Of a stretch of DNA of 30,977 nucleotides, positions 11,339-21,184 are shown in pieces (within the stretch, counting starts at the first letter, position 1; each line of letters begins with the position of its first letter). Where the stretch lies: positions 1 through 30,977 of the forward strand of contig NW_021832340.1 of the NCBI RefSeq assembly GCF_006345805.1, written 5' to 3'. The stretch comes from Octopus sinensis (Eukaryota). A program made the translations under genes and the position numbers. A model generated the notes under the pieces. It had not been told where the DNA came from, did not search any database, and saw only the letters and a program-made list of their open reading frames with translations.

Positions 11339-11654
11339 CTCCCTCTCTCCTTCTATATATATATATATGAAGTGCATATGTGTGTGTAAGCACAGTTACA
11401 TATACACATGTACATATAAGTGTGTGTCTGTATGTGTATATGTGTGTGTGTCTCTCTGTGTGTATATATTCGTATGTAATTGGAAGGAGTGAGAATATCA
11501 AAAACGATGAAAGAAAAGTCAGAACAGAAAGTAAATGAAAAAAAGAAACTGAGTTTTCTTTTTTGTGTTTTGCAAATATTGATAGGACAGTTGATAGTAG
11601 GAAATGTTAAAAAAGATTTCGTGGAATCGAACGCAAGACGTGTCAGTTAGTAAT

Positions 11655-12110
11655 GGTGAAATGGCCGGCACGCTGTTGTTTAATTTTAGGTTCAGGTCAA
11701 CCCCGACTGAGTAAGCCTTATGATCTAGTATCTTCTAGCCATGGGCATCACGCCATTTTGTGTTCTAGGGAGAATATACTGTCCGATGTGTTTCTTTTTC
11801 GCTTTAGTAGTAAGAGATTTACGTAAGGGAATTTTGCTATTTCTAGCAAGTCATCCGACCACGTAGAAGCTCTTCTCATTGACTTGTTGTAGCTCAATTT
11901 TAGCCGTCAGTTCTGACCAAATTGAACCATCATTAAAGACACATCAGCTATGATCACTCAGTTAAATTTATTTTTCTTCCGCGTATGACATGATCCAACG
12001 TGTACTTTACCCTCTCTACTATTTTGTTTCAGAATGTGCGATGTGAATTGAGAGAGATCTGGCTACTATTTCTAACAGGGCGACATACCATGTAGATTCT
12101 CGTTGACGCT
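11655..12110 (+). mobile_element. Two tandem degraded family E copies
   Basis: Both units end in GCTATTTCTAGCAAGTCATCCGACCACGTAGA (about 11836-11868) and CTACTATTTCTAACAGGGCGACATACCATGTAGA (about 12063-12096). Confidence 0.6.
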
Positions 12111-12529
12111 TAGGAAGGCCAGTTGAATGGTTTCTAAGCCGGCTGAGTGCGGCGGCTTGGCTGTCGACTCTGTTTACCATTAAGACAGGCGGTCCGCTAG
12201 CTGATTGTTATTTTTTTCCCCGAGGTTTCTTTAACTCCTACTTTATTCTATCTTTACTACTACAGAACATTTTTCGGCCTTTTCTTTGCAATGGTGAGGG
12301 TAGGGAGAGTATACTTTCTATGAAGTTCCTTATCACTGTCTATCTTAAACTCAAGGCACACTTCCTCTGCGTAAGCATTTTCCTTCCTCTCTCTTTTTCT
12401 ATCTCCTCCTCTCTGTCAATCCTATTTCCACCTCTCTCAATCTCTATCTCTGTCATCTAAGTTTTTCCCCCCTCACTCCCTCTGTCCCTGTCTCACTCTT
12501 TCTCTTCAACGGTTGCTTTATCGTCACTT

Positions 12530-12914
12530 CTTTTATCTTTTATCTTTTACTTGTTTCAGTAATTATACTGCGGCCATGCTAGAGCACCTCCTTGAAGGAT
12601 TTTAGACAAACAAATCGATCCCTTACTGTTTTTTTAATGTCCGGTACTTACTCTATCGGTTACTTTTGCCGAACCGCTATGGACGTAAACATACTGATTC
12701 GAGAGCAGTGGTGGTGGTGATGGTGGGAGGATAGACACAATTAGAAGTGCGCGCGCACACGCACTTGCATTCATACACACTGGACTTCTTTCAGTTTCCA
12801 TCGACCAAATCCATTCACAAGGCTCTTGTCACCCCGTGGCAATAGTCCAAGATGCCATTCAGTAGGACAGAACCCAAAACCCTTTGGCTAAGAAACAAGC
12901 TTCTTACCACACAG
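12530..12914 (-). mobile_element. Diverged family A SINE
   Basis: CTTTTACTTGTTTCAG...GCGGCCATGCTAGAGCACC...CTTCTTTCAGTTTCCATCGACCAAATCCATTCACAAGGCT...AAGCTTCTTACCACACAG. Confidence 0.85.
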
Positions 12915-12930
12915 TAAGAATAATTAAATA

Positions 12931-13340
12931 GGCGCAGGCGTGGATGTATGCTAAGAAGCTTGCTTCCCAACTACATGGTTCCGGGTTCAGTCCCACTGTG
13001 TGGCACCTTGGGTAAGTGATTTCTACTATAGGCTCGGACCGATCAAAACTTTGTGAGTAGATTTGGTAGGCGGAAACTGAAAGAAGCCCGTCGTATATGT
13101 ATGTATGTATTTGTGTGTATATGTGTATCTGTGTTTGTCCCCCCCCATCCGCCATCGCTTGACAACCGATGCTAGTGTGTTTATGTCCCCGTAACTGATT
13201 CGGAAAAAGGGAGACCGATAGAATAAGTACTAGGCTTATAAAGAATAAGTCCTGGAGTCGATTTCTTCGACTAAAACCCTTTAAGGTGGTGCTCCAGCAT
13301 GGCTGCAGTCAAATGACTGAAACAAGGAAACGAATAAAAA
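12931..13340 (+). mobile_element. tRNA-derived SINE family A, full length
   Basis: GGCGCAGGCGTGGATG...GGTTCCGGGTTCAGTCCCACTGTGTGGCACCTTGGG...GGTGCTCCAGCATGGCTGCAGTCAAATGACTGAAAC. Confidence 0.92.
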
Positions 13341-13723
13341 TATATAAAAAAGAAAAGAAACCAAGGCATTTATACATATTTTTGTCTCTAAGTTTGGAAA
13401 TCATTCTTTTCTCCTCTCCGCTTCTTCCTAATCCTGATTATACCTAATCCACCGACACTATCATCAATGACAACATACCCCTACTCTTCCTTTTCCCCCT
13501 CTACTTCATTCAACGACACTATCACCAACAACCATCCTTCTCTATAATATCATACCCTCATCTCCTGTTATTCTTCCATATCTTTTCATCAACACGCCTA
13601 CGATGATGGTCATAATGACGACGATGATGATGATAATGATCATCATCATAATCCTCATCATCCTCATAACTACTGTCAACACCCCCCCCCCATCAATATT
13701 ACATCTACCATCTTGCAACTGGA

Positions 13724-13927
13724 TGGTGGCAGGCTGGCAGAATCGTTGGCATGCCGGGCATTTCGTTCGTCTTTACGTTCTGAGTTCAAATTCTGCTGGG
13801 GTCGACTTTGTCTTTCATCCATTCGGGGTCGATAAAATAAAGCACTAGTTGTACACTGGAGCCTATGCAAAAAGTTTGCCACTCCCCTAAAATTGCTGGC
13901 CTTGTGCCAAAATTTGAAATCAATAAT
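13724..13927 (+). mobile_element. SINE family B monomer
   Basis: GGCAGGCTGGCAGAATCGTTGGCATGCCGGGC...GTTCTGAGTTCAAATTCTGCTGGGGTCGACTTTGTCTTTCATCCATTCGGGGTCGATAAAATAAAG...GGCCTTGTGCCAAAATTTGAAATC. Confidence 0.85.
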
Positions 13928-13974
13928 ACAACTTACCACTTGGATCAACAACGACACTACTCACTTAGTTGCAC

Positions 13975-13982
13975 TCACCACC

Positions 13983-14014
<32 letters not shown>

Positions 14015-14158
14015 CAACAACAATAACAACAGTAAGAATAGTACCTCCACACGAACACCATCATCATCCCCGTCATAGCCACCACCACCACCACTACCAC
14101 CACCACCACCACAACCTCCACCACCACCACCTCCTCCTCCTCCTCCTCCACCACCACC

Positions 14159-14206
<48 letters not shown>

Positions 14207-14372
14207 AACAACAGTAACAATAGTACCACCACACGAACACCATCATCATCCCCGTCATAGCTACTACCACAACCACCACCATCGCCGCTGCCGCCACCAG
14301 CTCCTCGGTCTGCAACACTAACATCGCCATCACTTTCATCGCCCTCAATGTCAGCAGCACTACCACTGCCAT

Positions 14373-14404
<32 letters not shown>

Positions 14405-14845
14405 TGAAGCCATACTGTGCCGTCTTACACTGCCTTATATACAGGAACAGAATAGATATTGGAGTCCGAGGAACAAAGACCAATTTGAAAACAGGTAGAA
14501 ATGGTTATGACTTCGCTAGATCAGGGCTGACTAGGGGCTAACCTGCAGTAACTACTTCCATCACCACCATTAGCTACCCCCATCACCACCACCGTCACCA
14601 TCACCGTCACCATCACTGTCACCACCACCACCACCACCAACACCAACAACAATAACAACAGTACCAATAGTACCTCCACACGAACACCATCATCCACACG
14701 AACACCACCACCACATCAACAATAATAACATCAACCTCAACAACAACAACATAAACAACTACAAAAACAGAAACAGGAGCACCAACAACAGTGGTAACAA
14801 TGACGACGACAGAAACAACAGCAATAACAACAGCAACAAACAATA
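13975..14845. repeat. (CCA)n/(CAA)n/(CAT)n/(CTA)n triplet island with a thrice-repeated 45-58-bp spacer
   Basis: AATAACAACAGTA..AATAGTACC.CCACACGAACACCATCATC at 14022, 14204 and 14651. Confidence 0.9.
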
Positions 14846-14889
14846 CTCACTCTCAGACAAACACTAGCAATTAGCAGCTACCCCTGCAG

Positions 14890-14970
14890 ATATCACTTTT
14901 TCACTATCAAGGTTGGAAGATCTTTGATCATAAGTCTGTTCAATGAAAGCTAGCCTGTGGCTAAGCAGCT
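14890..14970 (-). mobile_element. Family E repeat fragment
   Basis: Reverse strand GCTGCTTAGCCACAGGCTAGCTTTCATTGAACAGACTTATGATCAAAGATCTTCCAACCTTGAT. Confidence 0.5.
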
Positions 14971-15589
14971 GAAACAATATTCAGCAATTTTATCATATTC
15001 AAGTAAAAGAAAGAAAACAAAAGAAAAATAGAAGAGAGAGTAAAAAAGAAGTAAAAACAAACGTTAATAACTCGCATAAGAAGTTACATAATTCCTTCAT
15101 ATTCTACCAAAACAATGCCACTGTTGGTGCTGATGCTCTTTGGTTACAGGTCAGCCTTGATCAAAGGCGTTATTTTTCCTAAGGATAAAATTCTTCTCAA
15201 ATACCTGTTTGTTACTACGAAATCACAATATCAATAACCCAGACTAATTACAATAATTCAGTGTAAGCGACCTTACTGCTGACTGTGTCAGTTCACAGCT
15301 TTCCGTCTAGGACAGCGGCTTAGCGGCGCTCAAAAAAGAAAAAAAATTTTATAAATAAGAACAACATAAAACAAAATAGACGCATAACACTAGGAATATT
15401 AGTGAAAACTGAAAGCAACAGACTGTGTGCGCGCGTGTGTGTGTATGTGTGCGTGCATGCGCACGCTCGAGTGTGTGCGTGTGTGTGTGTGAATATATAT
15501 ATATATAATACTAATACATCTGTTTGTTTTGTACAGCACCTGTCTTTGTCTTTTGTTTTTTTTTCGTAAACTCTCCCTATATATATATA

Positions 15590-16100
15590 GATAATAACAA
15601 AATAATAAATAAAACATATGCATATATACATACATATATGTACGTACCTACATCTATATGTATATATACATGCATATATGGGTACAGGACACCAAAAAAC
15701 GTCGAACACGATGAGAAACGAAAACTTAAACACAAAACCAAAGAACATTTTTCTTAAACAACGAAAAACAAAAAAGAGTACAAGACATACAACACTAGGA
15801 ACATTCCCCTTCTTCAGTCGCCTCTGTTTCATCTACTCCGCGTTTTGAAGGTAAAAGCGAGACACGACTCCATTGAAACAGTCCTTCCCGCAAAAGCAAA
15901 TTAAATAAAATTTGGGATTTTTTTGCCGAGGGGTAAAAATGTTAATCCACATTAAGTTCAAAATTGTACCAAAAAAAGAAGAAACAAACAAACAAAACTG
16001 AGATAGGTGAGGGAAGAACAAACAAGGGATATTAGTTTGACGCCCAGGAAAAACATGAGTCTTTGATGTTTCGAGCCTACGTTCTTTTGCAGAAAGGAAT
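15590..16100 (-). mobile_element. Interspersed repeat family F, longest copy; possibly Penelope-derived
   Basis: 15590-15850 matches 9130-9390 and 7190-7395. The extension to 16100 ends in a decayed hammerhead-like motif on the minus strand. Treating the extension as part of the same element rests on recall of the family consensus. Confidence 0.7.
16061..16096 (-). ncRNA. Decayed hammerhead-like motif
   Basis: Minus strand CTTT-CTGCAAA-A-GAAC-GTAG-GCTC-GAAAC-ATC-AAAG: 4-bp stem I, two core mismatches, 3/4-bp stem II, no valid NUH. Confidence 0.25.
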
Positions 16101-16112
16101 CTATATATGCAC

Positions 16113-16206
16113 ATACGTACATACATACATACATACATACATACATACATACATACATACATACATACATACATACATACATACATACACAATGCATACA
16201 TACATA
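16113..16206. repeat. (ATAC)n
   Basis: Directly visible. Confidence 0.95.
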
Positions 16207-16659
16207 TGTAACGACCGTGTGACGCGATGTACATCACACGGTCGATACAATAAGAAGAAATAATATATATATATGCCAGAGGGAAAAAGCGAGACACAAC
16301 CGAATAGAATGTTTAAGAGAAGATTTATTGATATGTTCACATATGTGTCTGTGTGTGCGTCATGAATACAGAATAAAAGACAAAATGTATGTGTGTATAG
16401 GCATAGATGTATGGGTGTACGTTGAGTACATATAAGAAAAGCAATGAAAGGTATAGTGAAAGAGTCTATAATGAGAAGTTAGAAGAATGTTCATTGAGCT
16501 GTCTACGTAGAGAGATAATGTTGACGACGTTAAGAAGATGGTGATGGCGACGAAGACGGAGATTGCCGTAATGCTATTGGACGGGTGCTGTCGTCTGGCG
16601 TTGTCACCGGAACTGGCTGTGTCTTGCGTGGTCAGAGGCTAGACCTTAAAAAGTCTGAA

Positions 16660-16935
16660 ACCAAAGACATCGAGACGAGGAGTAACTGGAATTTTATAAT
16701 AAGCTATCTTACGTGATCTTATTTTGGATTCTGATTGGTTATACATTTCAGAGTAAGAGACATATTGCGCCAATACCAACCAAGCAGGGTAGTGGACACA
16801 ACGGGGTCCAAAAGCAAGTTGCTACCTGCTACTTTCGAATGCAAGTATATATAATAAACAGGAGAGAGGAATTTCACTCAAGTGTTCGCTACACATACAT
16901 ACATACATACATACATACCTACATACATACATACA

Positions 16936-16967
<32 letters not shown>

Positions 16968-17130
16968 CATTCGAATTTGATGGACATATAGCAGTACGTA
17001 AGCCGACTCAAAAAATCTCTATTGAGATTTTTTATTGATGTACCTGAAGAGACCCCGAACGGGTCGAAAGATGTAGTGTATCAATAAAATCTATTACACA
17101 TTCCTTCTCCTATTTTATTAATACAGTTAT
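16660..17130 (+). mobile_element. Penelope-like pseudo-LTR or retrozyme-like element
   Basis: GATTGG (about 16734) and TATATAATAAA (about 16847) upstream of a near-canonical hammerhead at 17030-17089; interrupted by (ATAC)n. Boundaries uncertain. Confidence 0.4.
17030..17089 (+). ncRNA. Type I minimal hammerhead ribozyme
   Basis: 14-bp stem I TTTTATTGATGTAC 17030-17043 / GTGTATCAATAAAA 17076-17089 (two G-U pairs); core CTGAAGA 17044-17050; stem II GACCC-CGAAC-GGGTC 17051-17065; GAAA 17066-17069; GUA 17073-17075. Position 17070 is G where C would give the palindromic ACATGT stem III. Confidence 0.75.
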
Positions 17131-17194
17131 ATATATAGTGGCCCGATTGATATATAGTGCAGGGTACTGAGGCCCTTTTCCTTTTCTTTTCGTT

Positions 17195-17440
17195 GTTCGT
17201 GTTGTTTTAGCCATAAGATGACGCCATCCATTGGCTGGGCGGACAGGCTGACATTTTGTTGGATGGCCGTTGACTGTTCAGGAGTTCATCCGCCCTTTGA
17301 TGGGTCTTATTTTTCATCCCACAGGGTGTCCAACAACACTCTTCTCACTAAGCGAGCCTGGTGGTGTTGTCAGTTTAGTCGCCGACGATCCGACCATGCA
17401 ACAGGTTGTACTGGATTACATGTTACCAGTAGCTCTCTAG
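17195..17440 (-). mobile_element. Non-coding RTE-like repeat sharing its 3' module with SINE family D
   Basis: 17202-17253 aligns with 8865-8916 (TTGTTTTAGCC...ATGACGCCA...GGC..GCGG.CAGGC). The RTE assignment of the remainder is from memory of RTE 5' UTRs. Confidence 0.5.
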
Positions 17441-17529
17441 TGTGTGTGTGTGTATTTGTGTACGTATGCATGTATGCAAGGAGTGGAACACAAGCTCAAA
17501 GAGACACACAGATATATATATATATATAT

Positions 17530-17573
<44 letters not shown>

Positions 17574-17696
17574 TTGTGTGTCACTTTGAGCTTGTGTTCG
17601 TTCCACTCCTTGCATACATACATACGTACACAAATACACACACACGCACACACACACATATCTGTGTGTGCCTTTGAGTTTGTGTTCGTTCCACTC
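17440..17696. repeat. About 73-bp inverted repeat around a (TA)n spacer, plus a third partial copy
   Basis: 17440-17512 is the near-exact reverse complement of 17572-17645; 17658-17696 repeats part of the right arm directly. Confidence 0.9.
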
Positions 17697-17905
17697 TACT
17701 GCTTGGAAACTGGTGTTGGTTTGTTTACACCAACAGCTCAAAAGAACAAATAGCAGGTTTAAAAAAATTGACCGCAGCCACATGCTTGAAACGAATGAAA
17801 GAATACTTGGTTCTATTTGTTTGACTAAAATCAGTCACGGCGCTGACCCAGGATGGCCGCAGTCTAATAGCTGGAACTAGTAAAGGAAGTAAAAGATGTA
17901 AAAAC
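17697..17905 (+). mobile_element. Highly degraded family A SINE 3' half
   Basis: GCTTGGAAACTGGTGTTGGTTTGTTTAC...GATTTG-like TATTTGTTTGACTAAAA...GGATGGCCGCAGTCTAATAGCTGGAACTAGTAAA. Confidence 0.6.
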
Positions 17906-18424
17906 TGCTCCAAAACTATGTAATCAGAAAAAAATGAAAATCTATTGGACACCTTGATTTTAATAGTCATACTAAGCAGTATAAAATTATGAATGAAGAC
18001 GCTTTTGTGACCCGCCAGGATTAATGCAGAATGTGGTGTTTTTAAGAAATATAATTTCAAATTATATTTCTTAAAAACACCACACACCCCTTGAAGTGCA
18101 TTGTTTGAGAAACACCGATTTAAAGTATTGAATTGAAGTCTTTTTAAACAATGCGAAAGATTGTGGAAAAGAAAAGAAATAAAATAAGGAAGACAACGAG
18201 AGATAGGCAACGACTTTGAATAATGAGAAGTGCATTAGTTTTTAAAATATAAAGTAGGTAGATTCCGAATACACTGATGTGTGTCTGTATGTGTGTGAGT
18301 GCATGTGTGTACGTGTGTACGTGTGTATGTATGTGTGTATGCTAGCGTGTACTGTGTATGGTGTATGAGAGTTGGGAAGCATATGCAAACTTTTGTACTT
18401 ATAGTGCGCATGCGTGTATATATA

Positions 18425-18601
18425 TAATTTTGGCACAGCAACTTTGAGGTGGGGGGGGTAAGTCGATTTTATCGGCTCTAGTACTTGATTAGCACTTTAT
18501 TTTATCGATCCAGTATGGACGAAAGGCAAAATTGGTCTCGGCGAGATTTGAATTCAGAACGTAGAGAGCCGGATGAAATGGCGCTAAGCATTTTCTCCGA
18601 C
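18425..18601 (-). mobile_element. Degraded SINE family B monomer
   Basis: TTTGGCACAG...GGTAAGTCGATTTTATCG...GAAAGGCAAAATTGGTCTCGGCGAGATTTGAATTCAGAACGTA...GCTAAGCATTT. Confidence 0.8.
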
Positions 18602-18655
18602 TATATATATGTACACACACACACATATATATGCATACATACATACATACATACA

Positions 18656-18696
<41 letters not shown>

Positions 18697-19581
18697 TGTA
18701 ATAATACAGTCAAACCAAATAGTGATATCTTGACATCATTTAATACGTACGTTTTAAGCTTGCGTAATATATAATAGGAAATGCATCCATTTAAACCTTC
18801 CTCAGTGTGCATACTCAGTGCGTCTCCGACGAATTACCCAGGAACACAACACAGTTAGTGCTATAAGTGTTATCATTAAATAAATATATCTTTTACTTGC
18901 TCTTATTTTACCTTGTCTGTACATTTCTAACGCACGATGCAACTACATTTATGAAGCTGTTCATTCTGAGCCACTAACCACCACCGTTACGCTTTAAATA
19001 AATTCCACAAAAATACAACATTAGTGCTGTAAGAGCCATGTATCTTTTAATAAGCTGACATACTCTCCTTCAGTCTGCATCTCTTCTGACCTTCTTAACA
19101 CTCGATCCAGATGTTTTCATTACACCAGAACCTGTTGTAACACATGCGCTTATATCCGGAATAGCATTATGCTTCTTGGCTCCAACATCGCTTCTATATC
19201 AGTGAACATTTCACCTACATTAGCAATACTGTTATTTGCTGCCTTATATGTCTGTGGTCTTCTATATAAGACCGAAAATTAATAAATCCTGTCACTAAAC
19301 GTAAAATACATCTAAACAACACCAAGCAGGTAACAACAGCCGCTTCAACACAACAGTACGCACTATTTCCCTTCCTTCAATCTATGGTGTTATTTTACAC
19401 CAAAGATACTCTGCTTCTCGCTATCAAAACGAACTATATCTCATCTTCCGCCACGGCTATTCCATATTCGACTATGAATAGCGCAGTGACAATAACATAA
19501 TTGTACCCTATCGCATTCGCCCCACCACAGTAAGCCACACTTTTACACATCAATCTCATAGATTACATGCACTATTCTGTA

Positions 19582-19752
19582 TATTTATAGTGGGGATTCG
19601 AAACTGAATTCCTGGATATGTGTTCGGACATCACTAACAAATCACAATAGTTTCATGTGATTGGTCTATTAAACAACCAATCAGCGTCAAGCTACCGCAT
19701 GATTCAATATTCTAGAATCTTCTTCTGTCTTATAAAAGGCCACTTTTGACGC
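19582..19752. promoter_or_regulatory. Candidate divergent promoter (two CCAAT boxes, two TATA boxes, two TGACG half-sites)
   Basis: Minus CCAAT 19660-19664; plus AACCAATCAG 19675-19684; plus TATAAAAG 19731-19738; minus TATAAATA 19582-19589; CGTCA about 19685 and TGACG about 19747. Motif evidence only. Confidence 0.3.
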
Positions 19753-21123
19753 TAATTAAAGGCAGAATGTTGAGGCAGCTGAATGATATATGCCTCCATT
19801 CTTGGTACATCAGACGGTTCCATATATTTGTGTAGACATCTTCAAGTTCTTGGATAGACCGAACTAAACATTAACAGAATATTTCACCAGTAACGTCTTC
19901 GAATGCGGCGCGGTTTTTCCTTCTCTCCCAGTCTGTAAATATCTCTTATCCGTAAAAGATCAACGCAGATTGACATTATGTACAATAATAAAATCTTCTG
20001 TTAACTGTTCACGGGTGTTGTTCAGTTACTTTTTCATGCATCCCAGGAAACATATTTTCATTCATCAACACAACCAGTTACCGCCACAGACCAGCCAAAA
20101 AGAAAAACAAAACAAAACAAAAAACCCAACCTAAGCCACACATCTATACATGGAAACGAACTTAACATACTGCATAGCAACACTGACACTGAACACAGAG
20201 TGTGTATATTAGACGCTCTGATATACACATCACCTGACCAGAAACCTACAAAAGTACGTCCAAACTACTACTCCACGTTTCTTCACATCATAAGACACTA
20301 CACATATGCATTGCACATAGATACACTCTTTTACTACAAGTGTATCTAATACATCTATGTCACCATATAACTTCTTATATCACATATATGCATAAATATA
20401 CTCATACAGTGTGTGTGTATGTGTGTGTGTATTGTGTTGAGTGTTTACATGGGCATGTGCGTTAACTGGGTGTCTGTATATGAATATTCGTATATGTACA
20501 TATATTTACATTCTTAGGTTCATGTATTATACTACAATTATGAGGTAGGCACACCAACTCACACCTATTTTAGATCTCTTGACACAAAATAGTTACTTAT
20601 ATAACCTGTACGCAAATGATGACACTCGTACGCACAAATACTGGTATCGTGAGCTCCCAACGAACCCTCTCACTTTTCTTCTTTCCATTCTCCTCTCACT
20701 CTCTTTTGACTACTACTATTCCTTTTCCTTTTCCTTTCCTTTTCCCCGCTTTTATTTTCGCTTTCTTCCTCTCTCTCTCTGATTATTCCTCTTTCTCCAT
20801 TTGACCTTAATGTAGGTCAGGATATTTCTCCGAATTCATTCATTCTGTTTCACTCCGCAGCTAATATTCGATCTCAGACCTGTCTTGTAAACAGACTGTT
20901 TGCCATTCTTTGTGGTATTTATGTTTATTGTATACTTGTTTGATTGTATCCCTTCAGAATATATTTCTATGTTTTTATCATTATTTTCTTTCTTTTTTAG
21001 GAATATGCTTTTGCTTGTCTGAATTCATGTGCTATTTGTGTGTTTGTCTCATAATTTACTTCACAATCTTACTCGTGTTTCTTGTGTGATTTTTATTCAT
21101 CATACACACACGCACACACGCAC

Positions 21124-21175
<52 letters not shown>

Positions 21176-21184
21176 TATGTATAT

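Noticed and set aside
12140-12200. GC-rich patch as a pre-miRNA
   Set aside because: Only a 6-bp plus 2-bp stem (AAGCCG/CGGCTT), far short of a pre-miRNA hairpin.
14022-14695. Repeat-spacer pattern resembling CRISPR
   Set aside because: Eukaryotic DNA; only three units, irregular spacing and simple-repeat spacers.
13969-14843. Poly-His/Gln/Thr ORFs suggesting a transcription factor low-complexity exon
   Set aside because: Interrupted by stops, no flanking domain, and explained by triplet repeats.
16400-16654. Open minus frame with a hydrophobic run (ITAISVFVAITIFLTSSTLSLYV)
   Set aside because: All three frames stop just after the acceptor, and no Met precedes the hydrophobic stretch.
19075-19200. 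Minus-strand peptide SDVGAKKHNAIPDI resembling a PKA-inhibitor pseudosubstrate
   Set aside because: Lacks the RRNA arginines, has no start codon in frame, and the match is too short.
19588-19650. tRNA-like segment on the minus strand (GTTTCGAATCCC)
   Set aside because: No cloverleaf can be built. At best an ancient SINE head, which would weaken the minus-strand TATA call.
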